DNA of 64,000 nucleotides, from assembly GCF_009834535.1 (NCBI RefSeq), contig NC_045697.1, forward strand, positions 17,734,001 through 17,798,000, written 5' to 3'. Each line of letters begins with the position of its first letter. Within the stretch, counting starts at the first letter, position 1. Shown piece after piece: positions 49,401-61,920 of the stretch. A program made the translations under genes and the position numbers. Origin of the DNA: Camelus ferus. Its lineage: Eukaryota. The notes below the pieces were generated by a model, which saw only the letters and a list, made by a program, of their open reading frames with translations, searched no databases and was not told where the DNA came from.

Positions 49401-51308
49401 GCTGGAATCACATTTGGGGCCAGGAAGCCCTGATTTTATAGGAAACCTCGAGGCAGGCTTGGATTAAAGATCAATGGCAACATAAAACGTAGGCTGTCAT
49501 ATTTTCACTGTGAACATGTTCCGGTAATAAAAAATGTTGTTTTAGTAAATAAACTTGGGGAGATGCATTGCTGGCTGCTGTTTATCCCCCCGGCCTCACC
49601 CTGAGCGCTTGGAGCAAAGGACTGAGAGATAGACAGGCGCACAGCCATATTGTGGGAGCCCACAGCTCAGCCTGCCAGCTGCCCGCGGAGCCTCTGACAC
49701 ACTCTCCACCTTCAGAGCCAAAGCCGCGTGCTGGGTATTTCTCTGCTAAGATGCTCACTTTGCTGCTTCTCTTGGAAAAATGGGAAATGTATTTCTTAAT
49801 GATGATGAGGCTGGCAGTCAAGCTGGCTGGCTAGCCGTGCAGATTCTAGAGACAGATAGACATGGGATCAAGTCCGGGTTCTGCAGTCCTAGCTATGTTA
49901 TTTGGGAAGTTACTCAGTCTCCTCACCTGTTAACTGCCCGTGTGGTCCTCTCTCTCCCTGGGCCAAAATCCTTGCACATTCAGACCCATTCCTTCCAAAC
50001 CGTTCTGGCATTTCTGATACCACCCCCTGATTTGGCCAAATCAATGGCAGAGGGAAGCTGCCCTAGGGTTGTCTTTTTTCCAGGTGCTACCTCGTCATTC
50101 TTTGCTTCCCAGCTAACTCAACTTTCTCCTCATCATCCAGACCGGTGGTTCTCAAACTTTAGCACATCATCAAAATCACCAGGACAGTTGGTTAAACCCC
50201 AGAGTGCTGACCCCCAACCCCAGTTTCTGATTCAATAAGACTGGGGCGGGGCCTGAGAATTTATATCACTCACAAGTTCCCAGATGATGCCAAATGATGC
50301 TGATCTGCTACTGGGACCACATTGTGAGAACCAATAGCCTAGAGAAACTAACATGGGGGGTGAGGAACGAGGAAGTTCTGCTCTTAGTCATCACGTCTTA
50401 CAGAGTCTTGGTGCGTGAGTGCTTTAGGTTTTGCTGAGCCTGGACCTTTAAAATTCAAAAATAAAGATACAGTTAGAAATTGAGATGAATGCTACTTAGG
50501 AAAACCCAGCATATCCTGAGAGAGTACACGGACTCTGGTTCAGATCAAGGATCGCCCTGAGGATGCTCACAATGAGGGTGCGTAGAACTAGGTAGATGAG
50601 GAGCCAGGGAGGTGCATTGCAGGAAGAGGGCCCAACAGATGCCCTGGAGTCACACTGTCAAGGGATGGGAGGGAAAGCAGAGGAGAGAATTCAGTAAGCA
50701 TGAATTTCCTACCCAAAGGAACCAACTGTCAGCTGTGGTCTCACTGAGACTCACTGACAAGAGGTCAGAACAGAGACTCAGACTTTTTTTCTCACCATCC
50801 GTCCCTGCCATTTGCCCCTCCCCTAGTCACCTCCTACCTGCCCCAGCACCATCAAGTCCTGCTGCCGGGCACTCTGCCTTCGCTGACTGCTCTCTTCATA
50901 ATACCTTGTTTCGGTTATCTGTTGCTGCACGATCACCCTCAAAGCTTAATCCTCACAGTTCTATTGTTTGTTTGGTTGGTTCCTTGGCTGGACTCCCCCG
51001 GGCTCACCCTGCAGCCTGGGGCAGCTGGGCTGTCTGGGCGTCTCTCCTGATCCCTCAGTCTTATGGGCAGAAGCTACTTCCTTCTGTTACTACCTCTTTG
51101 ATACCTCTGTGTTCCTTTTTTGCCTTTTCAAGACTCTGTTCATCCAGTTCCCAAAATTAAACCATCACTGTTAAAATAACTGATGTGGATGTAGATTGTG
51201 TTTTCCGTACTAACACTCAGTCTCTCTGCTGCAATGTGTCTTGCTCCCAGTATCAGATACCCAACCAACTATTGCCGGATTAAACCTTTACTCAAGAAAA
51301 GATCTGTG

Positions 51309-51619
51309 GACAGATAAACTTATATGCAAAACAGAGACAGACTCACAGACACAGAAAACAAACTTATAGTTACCAGAGGAGGGATATGGGGTGGGAAGGG
51401 ATAAATTGGGAGTTCGGGATTTGCAGATACTGATATATATAAAATAGATCAGCAAGGTCCTACTATATAGCTCAGGGAACTGTATTCAATACCCTGTAAT
51501 AGCCTATAATGAAAAATAGTATGAAAAGGAATATATATATATAAAACTGAGTCACTATGCTGTACACCAGAAATTAACACAACATTGTAAACCAACTACA
51601 CTTGAATTAAAAAAAAAAA
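51309..51619 (+). mobile_element. Artiodactyl/camelid L1 3' end with poly-A, inserted in an old MLT1 LTR
   Basis: cagactcacagacacagaaaacaaacttatagttacc ... caaggtcctactatatagctcagggaactgtattcaatacc ... gctgtacaccagaaattaacac plus A-run. Confidence 0.88.
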
Positions 51620-52731
51620 TCACTGGTTGACAGTCTGAGGCCTGGCTTAGTTTCTCAACAATGAGGCAAAGGACCCGGTTCTAACTTCATACTCTGCCAC
51701 CTGTGGGATGTCTTTTTATCTTCATGCCCATCACCTCATGGTAGCAAGTTGGCTGCTGCAGCTCCAGACATAATGGCTACATTCAAAGGCAGAAAGCAGA
51801 GAGAGAGCCAGGGCAGTGAGAAAGAACTTCTACCTCCTTCTTCTTCTCCTCCTCCTCCTCCCCTGCTTCCTCTCTCTCTTTTAACATTTTCTCAACAGGC
51901 TTTCCCCTACATTTCACAGACCCTCACTAGGACGTTGGTGCACCCCTAGGTGCAAGGGAAGATGGTGAACGTACTCTCTAGTAAAGAAGGATGGGATTAC
52001 GTAACAGGCTGAGGTCAGTCATCCTTCCCCACCTAGGACTCCACCTACTACCTGAAAAAAATCAAGGTTCTGTTTTCAGTGAGACATGGGGGAGGAGTGG
52101 CAGGAGTGGGGAACACAGCTGAGAAAACAGTCCTCCGTCCAGCCGTTGGCCTTGACTGCCTTCCTTGCGCCCAGGCAGATCCACTGGTATGAAACCTGGC
52201 TTTTCTGCCAAGCCTCCTTATCCAGGGCTTGCTGCAATCTCTGGAAACATGGAAAGGGAGGACCGAAAAACAACCTCTGGCCTTCCCACTGCTAAGCGTG
52301 CCGGCGCCTTGTGCTCCAGCTTCCTGGCCTCCCCGCTGCCCTGGCTCCCTCGCTCCTGGCCAGGAGCCCTCTTTCCAGCCAGCCAAGGAGACGCATCTCT
52401 CCCCTCAGGCTCAGTCTGTCCACAGACACCCTGGGCCATGCGGCCAGAGTCCCTTTCAGAAGAGAAGCTCAGGCCTTAAAGAAATCAGTCCTGCCAGGGC
52501 CCTGCCTTCCCCTTCTGCCCGCACTGCTCACTGGCTGGCCTGCCTGTGTTATGCAGGGAAAGCAAGGGGTTTAGGAAAGCGTTTTCCCTCCCACCACTGC
52601 CCGGCTTTGCAAGGCTGCTCTCTTACTAAAGAGGGCAAGAGAGCCCAGCCCAGGAAGCGGGGGGAGGCCGCCCAGGCTTGCTGCTGACTTCCCATCCCTG
52701 CCTCTCCACCACCATTGCTCCAAGGCCATGT

Positions 52732-52783
52732 TGCACGCACGCACGCGCGCGCGCGTTTGTGTGTGTGTGTATGTGTGTGTGTG
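52732..52783. repeat. Alternating purine-pyrimidine tract (GCAC)3(CG)n(TG)n
   Basis: tgcacgcacgcacgcgcgcgcgcgtttgtgtgtgtgtgtatgtgtgtgtgtg, with (CG)6 at 52744-52755. Confidence 0.95.
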
Positions 52784-53604
52784 GACAGAGGACAGACTGA
52801 GGGCTGGGGCTCTCCAGGAGTCAGCAGCCCCTCTCGAGCCGTGACCACCCAGTGCAAAAAGCCTGAACTCCATATTCCCAGGCGCACCTGTGCCTCTCGG
52901 GGTATTTCTGAAGCTACCCTCTCCACCAGCAGCCAGTAGGAAAGAGAAAAGCAAAGACCTGGGCGTGTGAACTTTTCAGTCTCCCTCTGCTGCCATTTTC
53001 CTCCATGACTCCTCGGAGTCAGAAAGGTGGGAAAGGGATTTCCACCTCCCTTAGGTCGCCCCTCCTTCTTCTCGACTCCAGCTAAGCCTTCATGATCCAT
53101 GCGGTCACTGCTCTATTCCCAGGCCCAGCACAGTGCCTGGCACACAGCGGGCGCTCACCAAGTGCCTCTGGATGAGTGAGTACCTCTGCTCCCTTCCTGG
53201 ACTCTGATCCAGGGGCGCCCCGCCCCTTCCCCTCCCCCCCACCCCCCAGCTCTCCCTGGTGAAGCCGACTTACCCTTCCGGCTCTAGCACACATTCACAC
53301 TTTCCAGGAAGCCCTCACGTCCCCCACCCACAGCAGTCAGAGTGACTTGGGGGGCCCCTTCTTTCTTCCTCGGGTTTCTCCCTCCTCCTCTGCTCTCTCT
53401 GGTTTGAAAGGATTTCATTCAGCTTTATGCTGCCCGTGCAGCCTGCTCCCATTCTAGGTGTTTGTGATGCACTGACGGGAATGGGAGATGCTTTATTTTG
53501 CTTTGTATTTATTCCCCTACCTCCTACTTTCATCTCCAGTGGCTGGCACCATGCTTGGCACATAATAAGTGCTTAATGAATATTTGTTGAACTAGTAATA
53601 ATTG

Positions 53605-53745
53605 TTAGTATACTGTATGCATGTATATATACATTATGTCTTGTATATAATGTATATATGTAATAGTATATTTCACCTATATGTATATTGTACATTGTGT
53701 GTGTGTGTGTATATATATGTGTTATATATAGCATATATACTAGTT
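53605..53745. repeat. Low-complexity (TA)/(TG)-rich tract
   Basis: Degenerate tatatatg/tgtgtg repeats. Confidence 0.85.
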
Positions 53746-55829
53746 TTAATGAGTGTTCCTCTATTCCAGGCACAGCTTTACATTCTTTGCATATTAACTC
53801 ATTCCATCCTCCCAGCAGCCCTGAGGGTTGCCCAAGGCCATGCAGGTAGTACAGGAAAGTGCTGGGAATCTAGCGCTGGAGACTGCCTGGTTTTAAGAGT
53901 GCATTCTAAGGAAAGAATGTTGGCCATTTGGGCTCTGTAAATCCAGGAAGGCTTTTTGAAGGTGGAGGTAAATTCCTGGTTATCTAAAGGAAAGGAAAAA
54001 ATGTTTTCTTGGTAGGAATGGGCAGAGAAATGCCAGGAAGAGTAGGAGGTCCATGGGCAAAGCCATCTGCCCTTTTTCTGTGCCTCACTCATCAAGCTTT
54101 AAGTCAGCTTCAACAAACTTGAAAGAGAAACTGCTTTATTTGGTTCCAGGGAAAAATGGTTCCAACGAACATTATCCTGATATGCTGACTGTACCAGGCA
54201 TCATCACTGCTGGAAAAGGCACCCCCGTCTCGGCATATCAGACCTTTAGTAAGAGCTCACGGTCAGTTATCAAGGCACATTACTTTCGCCTAGGTATTCA
54301 GTGAATAGCAGAAACGCCATCCACTGAAGCTAAAGGGCTCCTTCTCCATCTGCATAATTCCCCTGCTGTCAGTCGGCGTGACATGTGTGCACTGGGCCTC
54401 TCACCGCCATCTGGCAGCCTCTCTGAAATCACAGCTCCCCCTTCACCCCCAACCCTGCCCTCCATCAGCCCGGGGTCCCGAGCCAAGACTGTCGGTAAAG
54501 CAAGATCAGGATGTATGGATGCCTCGGCGATGACAGCCATGATTTAGCAGCATCAATTGCTTTCCGATGTTGCCATAGCTCTTCCCAGCTTTGCCTCTGT
54601 GGCCGGCCAGTAGGACTGCAGGATGCAACAAGCAGAAATTGAATTTTCCACAGCACGCTCATTTGGGAGACTCTTTTTTTTAGTTCTATAGGCAGCTGCC
54701 TGGGAAGGGTCTAGCAGCTGCCACTGCCCTCCATGCACTACCCCAGCCAAGCCCCCCTCAGGTGGGGAAGTGGGGGCTGACCCCACCCAGGAAGGGAGGC
54801 TTGGCTCTGGGGACAGACCGGGGGTAAGAGTGAACTCTTCTTTGATGCTACTGGAGGGGTGTCTGGTGTTCCCCCTTGAGTTTCCTGAGAAAGCTCAGAA
54901 GAACTTCCCATTTCGTTGACAATTTGGCCACACAAAGGCTCCCAAGGGGGTCATGGTGAGTGTGATCGCAGGAAAGGCGCATCAGCATCAACACTTGGCC
55001 AACATCAGTGTGCACACCGGCCGGTTTTCTAAATCCCTCAGATGAAAGAATGTTCTCCCACAGCGAGGTCACAAGAGACTCTGGAAGGAGGAGAGGTTTC
55101 CTTTGCAGCCTGCTTGATGCCAGCACAGCGGGCTGCTGTAAGGACATGCAGGTGAGGGAGGGTGCCAGACAAGCCGGTTATTTGCTTTTCTGAGACCTTA
55201 AGTCCTCTTCCTCTACTTCACTCTGACACCTTTGACATATGTATCACACCCTGAGCGGGGGCTCCTGGGTTTGGGTGTGTAAGGGAATTTCCTGGTGGCC
55301 GTGTCAAGACGTGTCTAATCTCCAGCGGTTCTGAGTAAGTTACTTTGAGGTGAACCCAGAAAAATGCATTTTCAACAAGTGCCGTGCAGAGTTGTCATGT
55401 CGGTGGTTCTCAGCTGCAGTGTAAGGAATGTGGTCGCTACACGCAGTACCGCCCTCCTGCACTGACCCGCTCCTGGAGGGCCACGACAGGGGTGCTGACT
55501 GTGGGATGTTCCGTGCTTCTTCCTCTCCACCCCTTAGACAGCATGTCTGCTCCCAGGACACATCCTCTGCAATCTACCACTTGGGCTGACCCTCACTGTC
55601 CTGTGTTCTCCCCACCAAGCATGGCTGGCTTCTCTCCTTGGCGGGCGCCCCCCACACCCCCCGCCAGGTCACCTGCTGGGTCTCCACGTGGACAGCAGTA
55701 AAAACAATGCCATTTTCCTCTTCACGTCCAAGGCTGCCTAGCATGGTGATGGGCTTTCTAAATATTCTTGAGCAAATGCAAAGCCTGCGTAATAAGTACC
55801 TACCTAGCTTCAGGCCCTGGGCTAGCTGC

Positions 55830-56650
55830 TAATGGGAAGAAAAAAAGTAGACAAATAATTTTAAGCCAAACTGACAAGTGATGCTTAAAGTATAAAGCAT
55901 TGGACCCATTAGATTGGCAAAGACTGAAAAAAGGAAACCCCTCGGCTTTGCAGAGCTGAGGAGAAGCCCTGACAATGTGTGTAGGGTTGTAAATTGGCAG
56001 GACCACTCTGGAGGGCAATCCGGCCCCGTGTAACCAACAGCAAAATCTCTATTCCCCTTGATCCTAAAATTCTAGTTCTAGAAACTTTTCCTAAGGAGAC
56101 AATAGAACAAAGACACACAACTGTTCATTCAGACTAGTCCCCAAACACCTATTGGGAACCTACCCACGCACAGGGCATGGAGCCGGACACAGGGCATGTT
56201 AGCCCAACAGGCGGGGGGATGTCAGAGTGAGGATGAATCCAAGGAGAGTCACCTTTATAGGGTTTATCAGAGTGAAAGGCCGGCAGCAACCCAGAAGTCC
56301 ATCCAGGGACGTCTGAGAGTACATTTTGATAGAGTCATGTAACAGAATTCTAAGCAGCCACTTAAAATGTCGCTGTGTATCTCTAGTCATTGGGGGAAGT
56401 TCTCAGTGACATCGTTGAGTAAAAAAAGGCAAACTGGGAACAGAAAAAGTCTCATTGTGTTGTATGACACCTAAATGTCTTCATGAGTATACACATGGAG
56501 AAAAGTGTCAAAAACTTCACTGTCAAATGTCAGAGTTGGTTCAGAGGATTTGTTTCTGGCTGATGGAGTGTTTGTGTTCTTTTTTCTACTGTCCTGTATT
56601 TAAGTTTTCTACAAGAGCATGTACACAGAAGGCAAATATTATTTTTGTAA
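55830..56650 (+). mobile_element. Old L1 (L1ME-like) fragments
   Basis: cccattagattggcaaagactgaaaa, tgtaaattggcaggaccactctggagggcaat, ttgagtaaaaaaaggcaa. Confidence 0.6.
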
Positions 56651-57385
56651 ACAGAATGAATGAATGGGGAAAAAGCAAGAAAGCATCAAAGTTCCACAAG
56701 GAACTGAACTCCCAGGGAAGGCGAAACAGCCCTCACAGCAGACCTGGTGCCCCTCACCCTGGCCCCATGAGGAGCTGCGCTCCTTGTTGGGGGAGGGGGC
56801 TGGGCTGGTGCAGGGCAAGGGATGTCCAGGGACCATTTGTGCATCCGTGTGCCTGCTGCCCTCCTGCTGTGTCCTGAGGTGAAACACTCTCCCCCCCGGG
56901 AAAGCCTCATGGGTCTCCTCTAATCCGACAGCTGTTGGACTCCATGACCTTCCTGGGCCTCTTCCGACTCAGAGGCTGAAGCTGCAGTCCGACAAGTGAA
57001 GTCATTCCAGGCCCGGCGTGGGTCTGGGAGGTGTTCCACTGGCCCGGCCCTGGGCTGCTGCTGCTTAACTGCCGAGGCTCTGTTGAACTGGCCAACTGAC
57101 GGGGCCCAGCTGAGGCAGTTAAATCTTCCCCAGCAACGCCCGTGCTGGCAGATTTATTCACATGGCTTGGGTCCCCTGCCCAAGACCACTTTTCCCCAAA
57201 GATACCCTTCCAAGCCTGACTCATGGCTAATAAACCCACACCCAAATGGATCTCACAGCTGTTCTGCAGATGCAATGCCAGCCCCCTCATCAGAGCCACA
57301 CCGTTTGGACTTGCAATAACTAGGGGTGATTTTTCATCCGGGGCTTGTCATTGGCTTCAGAAACTGTTCTCATTCGGCAAAGCCG

Positions 57386-57770
57386 TTTTTTTAAACACTT
57401 AAATTTTTCAGAGCAGTTTTAGGTTTACAATGAAATTGAGATTTCCCACATTCCCCCTGCCCTACACATGCATCACCTCCCCTGTCGTCAATCTCATTTA
57501 TCAGAATGGTACACTTTTACCCAGGATAAACCTACATCGACAGCATAAGCTTCCAAAATCCATAGTTTACTGAAGGGTTCACTCTCGATGTTGTACATTC
57601 TTTAGATTTGGACAAATGTATAATGATATGTATCCATTATTACAATATTATAGAGTATTTTCATTGCCCTAAAAATCCTCTGTACTCTGCTTACTCATCT
57701 CCCCTCGTCCTTCCCAGATTCTCCCTGCCACCACTCCTGGCAACCACTGATTTTTTGTCTCCATACTTTT
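57386..57770 (-). mobile_element. L1MC/L1MD-like 3' end
   Basis: tttttcagagcagttttaggtttaca ... agggttcactctcgatgttgtacattct ... cctggcaaccactgat. Confidence 0.82.
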
Positions 57771-58390
57771 TAGTAAAGACTTTTCAGTAGAGACAATAAT
57801 ACATCTTGGCAACATCATATCATGAGTTGGGAAAACTGGCTTTCTCCTACCACCAGATACACTGGCGGAAAAAAGACTCCCTCTGTCTGTTAACATAGTT
57901 CAGTCAGTCCATGGCTGTATGATTTTCTCATAAGAAAAGAGGGCAGTGCATGTTCTCCTCCCCACAGCTTCCTTCCATCGGATTGAGGCACAACTACAAA
58001 CAACATGGCCCAGATGGAAGACAGAACTGGAAATCAAACACCATCGATCAACTCAGTGCTAGGCAGTTGAGGAAAGAGAGGAGGAGCGGTTATTTGGAAG
58101 GAGGTATCTGGTGGTCCAGGAGGACAAGAGCTGCAGACTACCTGGGCCAGTAATGATACAGGGACTAGAACCAGGAGCCACAGTGGTGGTGGTAACAGTG
58201 ATGGAAGAAGTGACAATGATGATGACAAACATCTGTGTAGTGCCTTGCCCTTTACAAAGTGTGTTTCCATATATAGACCCATTAGCTTCCGTTGAAAAGA
58301 CAGAATTTCCCTTAGATGCATAACACCCAATGGTCATGCAGGATCCATTCATTCACTTGTTGACAAACACTAAGCACTTGGCTAGGTAAT

Positions 58391-58817
58391 TGCATTAACC
58401 AGGGAATCATCCAAAGAAGTAGAACTGATAAGATATTCATATATAAAGGGAGAGACTTATTTTAAGAAATCTTCCTCTGATTATGGAGGCTTGCAAGTAC
58501 AAAATCTGCAGGGTGGACCAGCAGGCTGGAGACCCAGAAAGAGCTGATTCTGCAGTTCAGGTTCAAGGACCATCTGAAGGCAGAATTTCCTTTTGTTGAG
58601 GGAAGGTGAGTCTTTTGTTCTATTCAGGGCCTTCAGCTGGCTGGATGAGGCTCACCCGCATTATGGAAGACAATCCACTTCACTCACTGTTAGCTGATTT
58701 AAATGTTCATCTCACCCAAAAAACACCTCGCAGAAATACCTAATGTTTGATGAAATATCTGGGCACTATGGCCTAAGCAAGTTGACACAAAAAGTTGATG
58801 TAAAATTAAGTATCATA
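58391..58817 (-). mobile_element. ERVL solo LTR, MLT2 family
   Basis: caagtacaaaatctgcagggtggaccagcaggctggagaccca ... ctggatgaggctcacccgcatta ... caagttgacaca. Confidence 0.85.
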
Positions 58818-59537
58818 GTAATGAAGGCACTGAGCTGAATAAGCCCAGCCCTCAAGAAGGTTATAGACTCATAGTAGAAGCAATAGTATGTGCTAGAAGA
58901 GTGGTACAAAATAGGAAGTGAGACACAGATATCAGTGCTAGAAATCCAAATGCATTTCTTTTGACCGTGGGGAAGAGGTAAAGGAGCAAGGCGCTCACAG
59001 AACACTTTCTGAAGGAGGAGAATTTGAAGTGAGATTCTTGAAGTATGTTGAAGAATTTGGATGGCTGCACAGAGAGGGAGGGTCATGGCACTAGGTAGAT
59101 GGCAAATCATGAGCAAAGAAAGATTAGAATCTGTTCAGGGAGCAGCCAGGAATTGATAGTAGTTGTGTAGAGAATTAACAAGCATCATGGCAATCAACTG
59201 AGTAAACAAAGTCTATTACACGCTGTTTGAAAGTGTTCTCTCTTGTCCCATTCCACCTTCCTGTTCTCTGTGGTCTGACTGATTTCTTTGCACAGTTACA
59301 GTTGACCATGAGTAAGGCAGGTTGTGGGAAGCCCCAGCACCCACTGAAACCTACCCATGGCTTCTCTCTGGGGAACTCCTCACTCCCTCTCCAGTCTCCA
59401 GGCTGTTCTCTTCAGTTTGAACTCCACCCCTGGCTTTGAGGTGGACCATGTGACCCAGTCCTGAGCCAGTCAGAGCCGCACACTCTTGGGGCTAGAGTGA
59501 TTGGTCAGGAGTGGACATGTGACACCACATGGCCAAT

Positions 59538-59540
<3 letters not shown>

Positions 59541-59571
<31 letters not shown>

Positions 59572-59653
59572 TTTTAATGGGGGTCCTAGGGATTGAACCC
59601 AGGACCACCTGCTTGCTAAGCATGCACTCTACCACTGAGCCATTATCCTCCCC
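59541..59653 (-). mobile_element. Camelid tRNA-derived SINE (Vic-1 type) with (GA)n tail
   Basis: Reverse complement ggggaggataatggctcagtggtagagtgcatgcttagcaagcaggtggtcctgggttcaatccctagg followed by (GA)n. Confidence 0.88.
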
Positions 59654-60488
59654 ATAAAGGAAGGCAAGTGTGTAAAGAGTTGGTTTGGGTCTCCTTTCTC
59701 TCTCTCTCTTTTTAAAAAATTGCAATTATACTCTTTTACTCTCACCATGAATATGAGGTGACAGAAGCGGAACTAACATCCTCATGGAGTCTGAGATCGA
59801 AGCCCACACATTGGTGGGCAGAGCACAGAAGGGAGAGAAGATGGGTCCTGGTACCTTCAAACACAGCCCGGAGAACATGGAGGAGGCTACTGGGAGACAG
59901 TGTGAGCCTGAGGTCCACGTGCATCTGGTGATGATTAAAAACCCTGATAAGAATATTAACAACAATCATTTATTGAGCACTTACTGTGAGCCAAATACTA
60001 ACATCTTTTGTCTTATTTAGTTCTCTCCACCTCGAAAGGTAGTTACTGTTATCCCCCATTTTTATAGCTGAGATAGCCTCAAAGAATTTAAGAAACTTTC
60101 TCAAGGACTCCCTCAAGAGGTAGCAGTAAAATCGAGTTTCAAACCCAGGTCTCCCTGATGTTGACCCCCAAGCTCTTGGCACCTCTGTGGTTCAGAAACA
60201 CCTGGGAAGATTTTTAAAAATTTCAGACATCCAAGCCAGCCCTTAGAGATTTAAATCGCTTGGTCTGGGATGGGTCCCAGACACTGATACGTTTTCAAAA
60301 CTCCCAGGCAGCCTAGTCCTAATGGGCAGCCAGAAAGAACCATTGCAGGAGATCGTATAGATGCAGTTCCTACTTCTGTTTAGTAATTTCAGCCACTTGC
60401 ACAAAAGCATGTGACCCCAAACTCCTGGCAACTGGCAACTCAGGGCAACCCTCAGCTTGACGAAACATCTCCATTTGGATTACATGAT

Positions 60489-60510
60489 CCAATCAGCCCC
60501 TGATTGACAG
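60489..60510 (+). promoter_or_regulatory. Composite CCAAT box + PBX/PREP(MEIS) decamer
   Basis: CCAAT (60489-60493), 7-nt spacer, then a perfect TGATTGACAG (60501-60510). Confidence 0.5.
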
Positions 60511-61699
60511 AACCGCGATCTGATCTAAAGGGTGCAAGTGAAGGAGGGAGGGTAAGCTAGGCGAGAAAAAGAGAATGTCCCTTGTTTTTTTAAAATTTGG
60601 CCTGTCATTTTTAGAAAAGACTTTATAGGGCCCTAGGACTATAGCCTCATAGGACGATGAGTACAAAAAGCAGCTGCAGTGGGAAGAACTCAGGGACGTT
60701 AGCCCCTGGCTTGCCACAGCCATGATCTGTGTTCTGTTCCACTCCACTTAAGCACAAATGTCCCTGTGACGTGCAGGGCACAGTGTACACAGCTGGTCCC
60801 ACCCACACACATACCGCAGCGAGGGCCAGGAGAGGGACTGGCCGAGACAGGGCACTGGCTTGCTCTTCATGGCTGGGGATTATTCGGTTTTTGAGTTGGT
60901 GGGGCTGTGGGGAGCGAGGGAGAGGCCGGGGCTTGTCTGCTTCTTTTCCGGGGTTGGCCAAATGTAATGATTCAGGACTTATTTTCTGAACATTCTTCTT
61001 GCTTAAAAAAAAAAATAAAAATGCCTGGACTGCAATTTTGCCTTTATGGCCTCTCCCATGAGATCAGCTTTTATTTCAAAAGTAAAACCCAGCACAAAGG
61101 GTAAGGAAGCTTGCAAACCTTTTGAGGATGGCTGTATAGCAATGCTTCTGTGACTCATGCATTATCAGGAAAACGCCTTCTGCGCTTGTTCTAAAAAATC
61201 TCCAGATTCCTTCTGATTTTATGATCCTGTGATTCTCTCGTTTCTATCACAGTGCCTGGCACATAGTTAGTATCAAGCAAAAAAAAAAATTTTTTTTGAA
61301 GGAACAAGAGCAGAAAAGATGCTAATTGACCAACTAGACTCATTCCTTCTTCATCAGCAAGACACTGCAGGGACTTCAGTATTAGGAAATGTGACGTGAT
61401 TATCCAACTGTTTGGATTTTGATGGAACATTTCCCCTTCGGGGGAAAATTTAAGGAAAAAATGCAAATACAAAACTATCCTGTCTGTTGTTAGTCTCTTA
61501 ATGTGCATCTATAAACAAACAAAAAACTTTAAGACTATATTCAGAGGGAAAAAAATCAGAATAATAAGAGTAGCATTGGAGAGGATGGTATCTAAGAGGC
61601 AACAGAAAGATGTTTGGGACTGAGACCCAGCTCTTAAGACTTTCCTCTCAAACTGGTTGTTGTTCAACATTCTTTGGCTTCAACCAAAGATGAACCAGC

Positions 61700-61920
61700 C
61701 TATCTGTGCTGTATAGCCAGACCACATTTCTACTTCTTGTCCAAAAAGCTTTTGTGGATGCTTTTGATAAATATCTCACAAGATCAAGGTCCACCAGAGA
61801 TTTAGCATTTCCCAAATCTGTATTAACTCACCCTCAAAAGAGATGAAGTGGTTTAGCGTGAACCCATGATAGTACCGGATGATCACTACTTTCTTCTACA
61901 AGTATGCCCAAGCCATCCAA
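61700..61920 (-). mobile_element. L3/CR1 LINE fragment
   Basis: tagcatttcccaaatctg..accctcaaaagagatgaagtggtt..gtgaacccatg..gatcact resembles antisense L3 reverse-transcriptase sequence. Confidence 0.5.

Noticed and set aside
57950..58110. Possible plus-strand exon (polypyrimidine + CAG acceptor, later GT)
   Set aside because: Weak donor, no coding signal and no partner exons; it cannot be supported without RNA data.
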